A stretch of DNA of 64,000 nt from NCBI GenBank assembly GCA_023213395.1, contig CM041465.1:34727741-34791740 (forward strand). Direction: 5' to 3'. Below are positions 10,906 to 21,727 of this stretch, piece by piece (within the stretch, counting starts at the first letter, position 1; each line of letters begins with the position of its first letter). The translations under genes were made by a program, and so were the position numbers. The notes under the pieces are model-generated. The model ran no database searches, was not told where the DNA came from, and worked only from the letters and a program-made list of their open reading frames with translations. The DNA comes from Cycas panzhihuaensis. Its lineage: Eukaryota > Plantae > Cycadophyta.

Positions 10906-13449
10906 TCATACGTATGCATCTCCTAGTCTCTTGCCGTCACGATCACGGGGTCCTGCCCACAGTGCGTGTGATCCCTCTCCTGGGGACCACATCCCTACGA
11001 GGCTCCTCCTGGGCCTCCGCAAGCTGCCTGCCTCACTCTCCTCGTCCCGAGGCCGTCTCAGAGTTGTAGCCGCTGTATGCGTGTGTGTCCGGCTCCTACT
11101 CGACCTCGAGACCATCTGCGCCACCAGCTGGTCATAGCGGACCTGGATGCGATCCCTCTCGCCTCGGAGTCCCTCCTCTATGGCTCTAAACCTCTCCTCC
11201 GATGCCTTAAGGCGCTCCTCTAGGACTGCTAGGTGAGTGCTGCTCCCTGTGTCCCCTCCTGGCCCGCTCTGGCTCTCTAAGACCTGGACCCGGTCAAGCA
11301 GCCTCATCCCGCCGCCCTTGGTCATGTCAAGCTCTCATTGCACCGCCCTTGAATGCAGGTGCTCACGGGTCTTCTGACCCAGATGTCTCTGACTCTCGCC
11401 AGTGGGGCGAACGCTTGCATGTAGGCTCCCGCCGATCTGGGCGCATCCTCTGCCTAGATGGGCGGTTGCCCCTCTGCGTAGACCTGAGGGAACATCTCCC
11501 TCACCATGGCCTCGACTAGCCTCTGCACCTCTGCTACTCCTGCCAAGGCAACATGCCATGTGTCAGTGTGTATCCTCAATGCATATCATAAAATAAAATC
11601 AAAAAATCTATCTAGATGTCAAACGACTAAGGAAACGATTAGGTCTCACCTGTCGTGGCTACCGGATCCTCTGCTCGAGCGACATCCTCCTCTCCTGGCC
11701 CTCCGCCAGCTGCTGGTACCTCATCCTCATGTGCGTCCTCTGCCTCTGCCTCATCTCTGGTAGGGACTGGCTCGACCCTCACCTCTCTGGATCTCCTCAC
11801 GATCTGTAGCCTGTGCCCCCTGGTCTCGGCCGTCCTGCTTGTCTCGGCAGCTCCAGATGGGCTTGCTCCTCCTATGACAGCCCCGGGTGATCCTGCTGCT
11901 CCCTCCGATGACTGCGATGGACCTACCTCTCTTGCAGGTCGTGATGGTCCAGCTCCATCTCCCCCGTCATCGCTGTCGTCACCCCCATCGTCGTCGTCAT
12001 CGTCACTGTCATCATCGGTGGGTGCTTCTGCTCCTCCTGCTCCGTCATCACTCTCCCACCTCACCGCTCTGTATGGCTCTACTATGTAGTCAGTCAGAGT
12101 GAGGAGGTCAAGTGATGTCGCGTCGACTGACCGACGGACATGGGCCTGATCCTCTGTCCCTCTGAGCCGCGTCTGCCACCTGTGGACCATCGGGGCCCAC
12201 CTCGCTATGGGGAATGGCCCCCCTGCCGGTGCCACTACCACAAAATGATCAAAAAACCAGCACTGTAGCAACGTGCTGTATGAGAATCCTCCTCACCCCG
12301 ATCGCTTGATAGTGCCTAGTTGGGCGACGAGGTTTGCCACAACTAGCATGGCCTAATCCATCCTCTCGCCGGCCTCACACCGGCGTGCTGCGTCCACCCA
12401 TCCTCCTGGAATCTCCCTGTAGTTCTGTTTCCAGGAGATCCGGAATAGAATGCATAGTAAAATAAGTTTCCTCATCTGAGGAATCCCTGACATGAGCACT
12501 GTTTGGAGGGGGGCTCCCCTCTGCTGCCACCTATCTGCCCCCGTGAGGAACTGAGCTGCCTCCCTGTGTGCTGCCTCGGTGCTAGGCAGCGTCCTCAGTC
12601 TCATGGGTCTCCCTGTCGCTGGCACCCCTAGGATCCGTCTAATATCCCCTAGGGTGATAGTAATGTCCCCTATTTGAGGCAAGTGGAATACATGCCTCCT
12701 CACATCCCAGTCGTCTGATGTCCACCAAGAGCCGTTGTTCCGATGCGAACTAGGGGGTCTTTAGGGCCTTGTACAGGCCGCATCTCTTCAGGGTCGCCCT
12801 GTCCTCCTCGGTCGCCATCTCTAGGTAACTCAGGATGGGCATGCCGATGTTTTCGCGGTTATCCACTGCGATAACTGCCTGCATTCATCAAAGTCAGTCA
12901 AAGTTAGGCTCCTAGCAGTCATCTAGGCTCCTAACTGCTTGTCTTGTTATCTTTTCTGGTTTTCAGGGGCTGTTTGGCCCCTTGTTTATTTTACGATTTT
13001 CTACTTACCACTCCAAATTTAGCAGATTTAGCTAAATTTGGGCCAATCTGCGATCGCTCCTTCCCGGTAATCTGCAGACAAGATCGCGGTCTTGCGATCT
13101 TGGCCGCGAAGCACCCTTTGGCCCAGAAAATTAGAAAATTTTTGTGGTGGACCCCATGTGGGGCCCACCGGGACTAAAGGCCGCTAATGCCTGGTCCCGC
13201 CTCTTCTGGGTCAATTCAGACTCCGAGAGGCCCTCCAATTGCCCATAAGGGGCATAAAAAGCATTAAAAATTAACTGAAAAGCAATAAACTTTAAATTTC
13301 AAAATGACGAGGGTTTCGTTAGATCCACTCACTGGATCTGGCCTGATTATCGCCATCTCGTCTCTGGGGTCATGACGACTGTCTCTGCGCTCGAATCTAA
13401 CAGTCGGATCGTCTCCCGCATGCCTCTGAAGTTGGGTAGCACTCTGCAT
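10906..13449 (-). pseudogene. Antisense three-exon Plant Mobile Domain (aminotransferase-like PMD, MAIN/MAIL-related) gene with acidic linker and coiled-coil C-terminus; several stops and frameshifts
   Basis: PMD motifs WDVRRHVFHLPQIGDITITLGDIRRILGVPATG, MD*AMLVVANLVAQL, LLQCWFFDHF and LDLLTLTDYIVEPY. Predicted exons 13449-13333, 12878-11650 and 11539-10906, with GTGAGT..TGCAG (phase 0) and GTGAGA..GGCAG (phase 1) introns whose phases match. Confidence 0.85.
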
Positions 13450-13514
13450 CGTAAAGGAAAGGCTCTGGTTTTGCACGAGAGCCGGTGAAAATGAATTTGA
13501 TTTTCATCGTTTTT

Positions 13515-13525
13515 CCTTATATAGG
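13515..13525 (-). promoter_or_regulatory. TATA box of the antisense PMD gene
   Basis: Minus-strand CCTATATAAGG about 65 nt upstream of the ATG at 13449, in GC-rich context. Confidence 0.65.
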
Positions 13526-14051
13526 CGGGGGCCCTGATGGGCACTTCTTCCGTTTCTGGCTCCGCGACAGTCGTTGGGACCATCTCGTTGCCCTCATAGC
13601 CTTTGCCTTCTGGCCTTGTCACCTATTGTGCTCCATGGACGCCCTTTTTGCCCTCTCTTGTAGGGGCATTTATGGCGCCTCATTATCGCACTTTTCGCCA
13701 GGGCCCTTCTGCATCATTTTGCATGCTGCTCCTGTGTGTGCCCGAGTTTATACTCATTTAGCTCGTTTCGCTGCCCTAGACTCGTTTTTGTAGCCCTTTC
13801 TCGCTCTTAGGGTCCCCAAAGGAAGTGCTCCCCCGTCCGGGGGCATGTTTTGCTTTCTAAAGTAACCTTTGGCACCCTAGGGCGTCTTTTCTCCGCCCAC
13901 TTTCAGCTGGTGGCCGGATTACTTGCTTCCATTCTTAGGTAACCTCATTGCTAGGTCCTCCTACCCTTCTTGGCCATACTTTTTCCTACTATTCGAGTCT
14001 TTGCTCTGCTTTCATTACTATTTGTTTACTACCAGAGCTTAGTACCCAGTC

Positions 14052-14474
14052 ATGTCTCTTCTCATTTTTACCGATGGTGGAAGTCGCGGTAACCCCGGAC
14101 CTTCCGCCGCTACGTGGATTCTTCGCAGTCCTTCTGGACACGATTACTTGCGTTCCAGAGTCTTTCTTCCCGAGGCTACCAATAACGAAGCTGAGTACAC
14201 GGCCGTTATTGAGGCCCTGACTGATGCTCTCCATTTTTATCGCGGGTCCATTGTGTTGTTTTGCGATTCTCAGGTCGTGGTGTCCCATCTCACCTAGGTT
14301 TACCAGGTGCGATGCCCTCACCTGAGAACCCTCGCGTCTACCGCCAGGACTCTTCTGGCTTGTTTTTCGTCAGTAGATATTCAGCATATCCCAAGGCACC
14401 TCAATGCTGAGGCTGACAGTCTCGTCTGCCTCATCCTTGAGCATCACCTCCCTCTTTTAGATGACAACCCTTGA
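14052..14474 (+). pseudogene. Stand-alone archaeal-type RNase HI (aRH), 140 codons with one internal TAG
   Basis: MSLLIFTDGGSRGNPGP...ATNNEAEY...CDSQVVV SHLT*VYQV...QHIPRHLNAEADSL. Catalytic D8, E48, D72 and D122 are present; own ATG and TGA. Confidence 0.92.
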
Positions 14475-14828
14475 GGCTTGCCTGGCCAGCCCATGCCCAA
14501 GCCTCCGATTACTGTTAGTTAGACTGCTTGCCCTATTTGCTGGATGCCCTCTTACTTCACGTTGCACCATGGCAACGGGGGGCATCCCATTTCACTTGCT
14601 TATTTCAGTTTCAGGTCGATGTTTAGACGACGCGTAGGCAGCCCCCACGTTGTCCTCGTCTCCGTCTCCCTTGTCCACGCATTCCGCCACGACACTTGCC
14701 CACGCCCTTGGTCCACATGCTACTCTTTATTATTTTATATATATATGCATGTGCTACTCATATTTTTTTGATTGTCAGCATTCGCCATCACATTATGCTT
14801 CGGCAATGAGGCTCTCTTGCCGAGGCGA

Positions 14829-17384
14829 TGTTTCCAGCCTCGGGAATGGACTCGGCCTTGTCAGCCGAGTTTGTTCGGTATATTTTCTTACTTTTCTTGC
14901 CTATGTTAATTAAGGTAATTTAGAGTAGGTTTCTTGACATCCGCACCGCACGTGTTGATTGCACCTTGCTCATAATGCATGTGCCTAACGACGCCTTGAC
15001 TATGACGACCCACAGCGGGGGCATTCTTCAGCGAATGCTACACCCCGTATGGCGTACAGCCACCCATGATGTCTCCACAGTTTCCCAGAATTGTTTCCGC
15101 CAGTTTATTTGCTCATGTTGCGACATGTCGTTTGCGTTGCCATCCTTTCTAAGTTAAACTCGATCCTTAGTTAGGACTTTTTGGGTTGTTTTGGGTACTT
15201 GCCCAGTGCCTGGGCATTCCCCCAGCTGCCCTAATTCATGTTTGGCCCCTAATTTTACTTCAAAACTTGATTTTGCTGCCTATTTTTCTCTTTTTTTAGT
15301 TTCGGTACGTCTGGTGGTAAACTAGCGATCTGCGTGAGTTTGCGGTGGTACCACGAATTACCGCAGATGCATTGTTTGAAATTTAAAAAAAGAGAACCAC
15401 GCAATAGTTTCTGCTTTTTTCGTGAAACTGCCACGTGGCTTCATTCGATTGGAGGTGCCCTGACATCCCCAATGTTCACCTGCTGTGAATAGGGGATAAA
15501 GGGAATTTTCCTCCCCATTTCCAGGACTTTTTGCCCATTTTCCAATTTTTCAAGAGAATTTTTCAAGGGACTGCACAAAGGAAAAAAGACAGAAAATAAA
15601 ACAACCTCATGTACAGCAACTGAAGAGGGTGAAACGAGCTTCCACCAGTGGATTTTGTAGGGCCATTGCTGCCCCTTACTACTCTCCACAGCCAGCTCTA
15701 CTCCCTTTTGCAGGTGCTCAGAGATTCAAGGGTCTCCTTCAACCAAGAAGCTGCCCTAAAAGTTTATACCATAGCTCCAAACTTGCAAGGAGCCTCTTCT
15801 ATTCATACTCCAGCAGAAAGAGTTCATAACCAGCCTCTGTTTGGCCTCCATTACTGCTGATCTAAGTGGTATAAGGCATGCTTAGTCTCTTTACACAAGG
15901 TACCCCTTAGTTTTCACTTGCAATTTCTTGTTTTTTGTACTTGCACTTCCTTTTCTTTTTTTGCTTACAATCCCTTGCCTATATTTGTAATTTTCTTATT
16001 TTTACCAACAAGTAGCCCATTCATTTCTTTTGTGTTGTCTCTTTTACTTCTAAATGAGAGTGATCACCATTGGCCATAGCTACCCTGTAGTGCTCTCTTG
16101 AACCAAAGCCACTTTCCCAGTTTTCCTTGGAGCCCTTCCTTTTTCTTTAGACCCTCTTTTACTCTTTCCTTAGTCACCCAGTGCAAGGGCATATACATGA
16201 GGATTCGAGGGAGGTAGGTGGGGTTCTGTCCCCCATTACTGTCCTTCTCCCCAAGGGTTCCGTCCCTATCCTCTGCCCCTTGCTGTACATGCTGTCTCAA
16301 GGAACGAGTCAAGGAGGTCTAGGGGACTTTGGCTAGAGCATCCCGACCAGTTTGAGGTAATTCGCATCCACCTTGTTACCACTTAGTGTTTCTTTCTGGC
16401 ACTCTATGGAGATCTCCTGTGGGTGAGTTAGCCATCCCGAGGCTATACTCAGTTCCGTTTCGCGTGTTCATGGTATTTGGTAGTGTGAGAGTTTCTTGTG
16501 AACTTTCATTTCGTTTTGCTACATTCTAATGCATAGCTTAAGTTATTTAGCTTAGTTGATTTCAGTTTACATACATATACATATATCTTTTACCGTACTC
16601 TGTAGCCTCTCCCCCTGAGAGGAAGGTGCTTTTCACACTTGTTTACAGGATCACGTTGGAGGAAGTGGTGCGTGAGGCAGACACCTTTCTGGGTTAGCTC
16701 CCACACGATATTTCTCTTCTTTAGCTTCGAGTTCCTTTTTTGTCCTTTCATTTTATCTAGTTCTTGCATGCTCAAGGGGAGGTAAGTGAACCCCCTTTAC
16801 CACCATCGACCGACGTTGCATGCGTGGAGAAAGGAGGGAAGGAGCGCAACCTAGAAGGAGAAGCTGTACTTCTACTCGAACGCCGGATCCAGGTATTCCT
16901 CTCGTTTCTTTCGTATTTCTCCTTATGCTATTTTTGTCCTTTTGCATTTGCCTAAATAGATAAGGTGGGATAAAAGAACATAAAGAAAAAGGGGGAAATA
17001 ATCGTTTCTTTACATTTACTTTCTTGCACTATTTTCTTGCTTTACATAGCATAGGTGTAGAAGGCCCATTTATATTGTACCCTTCAGCCACACCTTGCTT
17101 CACATCTGTTTGCACGTTAGATTTGTTGCCCCCTCGTCGCCTTCTCATTACCTTGAGAAGCCGCAACGCGTGAGGTTTCCCTTTCCTTCCCGGCCATCCG
17201 AAGGGTAGGAAGGCCTCATTTTTACACGGCTACCTGGAAGCAACCAGGCACCTTGCGACCACAGACCTATGCTCCGTAAGCGGACGTCCTACAAGGTGAG
17301 ATCCTCGCTACCTAGCCTAGTTAGTGTAGTGTTTTTATATCCCTTTGCTAGACGTAGGATCACCACCCCGCAGAGAGCGTTTCA
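14829..17384 (+). repeat. 3' LTR of Tat element
   Basis: Direct repeat of 3097-5650; TG...CA termini; followed by TSD TCATC. Confidence 0.95.
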
Positions 17385-17389
17385 TCATC

Positions 17390-19510
17390 CATTCTAAATT
17401 TCTTCAAAATTCACCAAGTGTACTTCACCTGTAAAATGAAGATATGCTTATAGCTTTGCCATACTTCCATTCCAAGGAAGTAGTGCAAAATTCTTAGATC
17501 CACCATCTCAAATAAATGATTAAGATCCCCCTTCAAGTTTGATATCACATTGATATCATTACGTATGTTTAGTAGATCATTAATGTACAACACAACAAAC
17601 ATGATTTTATCATTTTCTACTTTGATATATAGATTTTAATAAGTTAGAGATATCTTAAATCTATTCTTTAGAAAGTATTAATAAATCTTTCTATACTATG
17701 TTCTAGGAGCCTATTTTAGGCTATATAAGGTCTTTTTAAGTTGGCATACCAAATGCTTAAGACCATTTCAATAAAGTTAGATGGATGCTCCATGTATACT
17801 TCTTTGTTTAAATTCCCATTCAAAAATGTACTCTTCATATCCATCTAGTGTAGCTACCAATTAAATTATGTACCTATTGTTAAAATGAAATGAATGGTAT
17901 TCATCTTTATAATAAGAGTGAATGTTTCTTGGTAGTTGATCCCTTCTTTCTACTTGGAACTTTTTACTACAAGTTGAGCTTTATATTTATCTATAGATCT
18001 TTCAAATTTGAACTTAGTATTGTAGATCCATTTACATCCAATTATATACTTGTCAACAAGTAATTCAACAAAATCCCATATGTGGTTTTTCCTAATAACT
18101 TAAATTTTAGTCTCTATAATATCATTCAACTTTTGCTCTTTAACTTCTTTTTCAACTATAGATAGTTCATCTACATCTAACACATGCTATAAGAAATATG
18201 TTCACCTATTATAAGGTTGTATTTCTGACTTTCACTTTCCCTTAATATCAAGTAGTAACTTCTCAATATCCTCTATAGTTTTCAAATACTATTTTAGAAG
18301 CTTCTTCTTTAAAGATGAAGGTGAAAGATTAGATAGTTTCTTTGGCTTTGGCTCTGGTTTTAACTCATACTCTATCTTTAGCTTTTGCTCATATTAAGCT
18401 TTTAAAAACTAAAAGGATATTATCTCTACTACGTCACCAATATCAAATGACTTATATTCAGGTTGAATAATATCACATGAAGAAATGTATTTAGGTGGCT
18501 TTTCTACCTAGTCCTCAACATTAATTAAACCAATATTTAGAGTCTCATCATTATGAAAAATAACACCACGTATTGTATGAACATTTTGAGTCGATAATTG
18601 GTATACTAAGTATGCTTTGCTTTCATCAAAATATGTAATAAGGATGCACTTCATACTTTTATCATCCAGCTTTCATCATTTCTCCTTGAAAATATGCATG
18701 TAAGTTGTGCACTCGAAGAATCTTAGATGACTTACAGTTGGCTATATACTTGACCAAGCCTCCTTATGTGTTATGTTCCTAATAGCCCTTATATTGTCTA
18801 TGTTCATCAGATATACAACTTTGTTCATAGCTTCTACCCATATGAAATTTGTAACATCCTTGTCCCTGATCATTACTTTGGCTTTTTAACCTAAGTTTTA
18901 TTCATCCACTAAATAACTTTATTTTACTAAGGTATAAAGATAGTAGAAAACTACCTCAAAATTCCATGATCCTTATAGAATTAGATGAATTTATTTAAAG
19001 TATACTCTCCACTATTACTAATCCATAATACATTGATCTTCTAACTACTTTCATTCTCTACTAATTCCTTAAATTATTTGAAGTGAAGGTTTGCAATTTT
19101 TTCCTCAGTGGAAAAAACTAGACTTTTTGTAAAATGTCATTAATGAAAGTGACAAAATATCTTGCTCCACCTAATAAGATGATATGCATTAATCCATAGA
19201 TATTTGAGAGAACTAATCTTAACTTTTCTCTTACTTTACATGCTTTCTTCTTCATAAAGGTTCTTTGTGCCACTTTCTAAATATACATGGTTCACATAAC
19301 TAATCTTTATTATTTATCATAAGAATATCATGTACCATTTTTAATTTATGCATCAATTGGAGACTATTGTAGTTTAGATGAACCATTTGCTCATGACATA
19401 GCTTATGTTTTGGAGATATAATAAGGAATACTTTTTGTACTTTTGAGTATTCTTGTAATGTGTACATATTATTCTCTCTAATCCTTATGGCTACAATCTT
19501 GCCTCTCCAT
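17390..19510 (-). pseudogene. Copia A pol remnant: integrase and RT N-terminal part
   Basis: VLYINDLL (ORF 17411-17602). LDDKSMKCILI at ~18640-18672. RT start motifs at ~17800-18090; many stops. Confidence 0.85.
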
Positions 19511-20853
19511 CCTTCTTATTAGGTTTAGGCAATTGTTTGTGTAATCACTTTTGCATGATGAGTAGAACTTGCTTCAGTGTCTATATCCTTCATGAGTTTC
19601 ATTCAATGTGATTCTTAGTTGAATGTTAGGCCTGAAGTATTTGTATTTTAGTGTTTCTACTAGTACACCTCTAACATCCTTAGTTGGCAATCTGATACAT
19701 CCTTCAATGTTTTTTTTTTTAACCTTAAAATGGATGATTCTATCACTAAGTTTATTTCTCCTATGGACATCTCAAACTGATGGAACGAATATGTATAGCT
19801 TAATGATGACATCAAAAAGTGAAATTTTCAATGTTTACTCTCTTAAATAGTTGGGTGACTCTTTAGTAGTGATTGATAATTCAAATCAATATTAAACAAA
19901 GATGATCTTGCTCATTTATATTCATGTAGGTTGTAAATTTTGTTGCAGGCATAAATATCTTTATTTTTCTATAGTTTTAAAACTATAACTTATATGTTTT
20001 AGAATATTCTTAATGAATATTCTTCTTTTAATTTGAAGTCTTTTTGAAAGGTTAAAAAAAACTTTTAATACCCTTAATCCTAATAATATTTAACAAATGT
20101 CTTTTATAATGCCCTTTAATACTTCATTTCTAGGGGGACCCATCAACATTATTAATGCCCCCTTTCAACGCTTTTACATAGTGTTTTTAGTGGAGGTGTT
20201 TTTAGTCTACATGTAAACTTGTTTGCTATCCTAACAGGAGTTTTAAAATTGTCATTAATGTGAGCTATCTTCCTTCTCTTTTCTACCTGTATATATGTCT
20301 ACACATTTGTATGTATATGTCTTTAGTAGTTTATTAAAAGAGGTGTTAAGATGCTCATCAATATGAGTTGTCTACCTACAATAGAGTGTGTATGCACATC
20401 TAAATACAAGTTAGTAGGACCTCATTACATGTTACATTGATTTTACAATATAATTTTATGTTTTTAATGCTTAATAATGAACAAAATCATACTTAAAAGT
20501 ATGAGAAGATTTCTTTAGACTATAAAGACTATACTATAAATCTTTGAATAAGCATCTACAACTTGTTATTTGGCTACCCCTCCTTGAAGAAAATTACTAG
20601 TTTTTCCTGCTTAGTAGCACTTAGATGTATGCATTTGAAAATAGACATTATACAGAGTGCCTCTATATGAACACCTGTAAATTTGCTCCAACATATCCTA
20701 TAACATCTCCCTAATGCTATAAAAAAATTGAATATCTCAACCCAAGAAATAGAATTATAGCATGTAACTAAAGTTCATCCTATAAACACACAAGAACTAG
20801 TATAATAATTAATAATTGCAATTGATATTACATCCTAATCAACTTTGATACCG

Positions 20854-21168
20854 TGTAAAATTGTTAAAATAATAAGAATAGAGATTTAATATGGGAAGGA
20901 TTAACTAATAAATCACATAAAAAGATAATTTCAAACTTAAATCATCTCTCATTTCTCTATTTTTACAATACACTATATATGCATAAATATAATTCTAAAA
21001 TAAAATCTAAATTTTAACTAAATGACAAATGTAAAATAAGAATTGTAACCTCCAATGACTTATCACTCACATAAACATTAGAAAATACTAAACCTAATAT
21101 AATACAAAAATTAAAAGGGAGGATCATAACCCAAAGTTATAACCCATAAATAAACATTAATGCCAACA
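20854..21168 (-). repeat. 5' LTR of Copia A
   Basis: TGTAAAATTGTTAAAATAAT...TGCCAACA next to the PBS complement; matches 1999-2331. Confidence 0.88.
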
Positions 21169-21727
21169 CTACAAATACCCATATGTAGTAGACAAATTAT
21201 GAGTTTGTGAAGGTCTCTTCACTTACATTTTAACATTGTGCTTTTATCACTTAATCTAAGTCCACCTTTAGTAACTCACTTATGAAAATGTGAGAAGCCT
21301 TTCACTTGTAGTCTTTCTTCCTAGTTTCATATTTTAACTTCTCTATAGCTTCACTTGATAGTTCAATTACGAGTTTCTGAGAAGTATTTACTCATAAAAT
21401 ATCAACTTGTATACCCACTTCACATTTTCGTAACTTCATCCTTTGTTATCTATTTTTAGCATTCTACTATTTGTTGGAAAGCTAAAAATATTATCTTTTA
21501 TCTAATGGATTCATACTCTATAAATTATGTAAAAAGTCAAATGAATTTTTATATTCCAAAGAAGTTATAAAGGTTTGAGTACTTAGCATTTATGCTTACA
21601 TTAGTTTTTTGCCATATTCTTCCCTTATTCATATGATGTCCTTCCATGTTTATACTTTCTATCTGAGTAATCTAATTACTTTTGTTTTATGTAAGCAATA
21701 AGCATGGAGTGATTTTTAAATTAATTG

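Larger units (their letters stand above)
3097..17384 (+). mobile_element. Ty3/Gypsy Tat-clade LTR retrotransposon, non-autonomous (pol deleted), with 3' accessory genes; TatII-like position of aRH
   Basis: ~2.55-kb LTRs (TGTTT...TTTCA) with exact TSD TCATC at 3092-3096 and 17385-17389. tRNA-Arg-type PBS, Tat-type gag, DNGSS/LLGRPW protease, and aRH downstream of the INT C-terminus. Confidence 0.95.
1999..21168 (-). mobile_element. Ty1/Copia element A (degenerate), interrupted by the Tat element
   Basis: LTR pair 1999-2331 and 20854-21168. tRNA-iMet-type PBS (rc ACTTTGATACCG, 20842-20853) and PPT rc CTCCTCCTT at 2332. Minus-strand order INT-RT-RH. TSD degenerate (TTTCG/CTACA). Confidence 0.9.

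Noticed and set aside
10331-11137. 268-aa plus-strand ORF after integrase (env-like candidate)
   Set aside because: GTG start, no motif, and it crosses the AT-rich 3' region and last exon of the antisense gene. No support for env.
11655-12089. Plus-strand Ser/Pro-rich 144-aa ORF
   Set aside because: Shadow of the acidic, Gly-rich minus-strand PMD exon.
10906-13449. Host MAIN/MAIL gene
   Set aside because: It is wholly internal to the retrotransposon, so no host gene symbol is assigned.
14052-14474. Prokaryotic rnhA contamination or recent horizontal transfer
   Set aside because: It lies between paired LTRs with an exact TSD, and Tat elements are known to carry this RNase H type.
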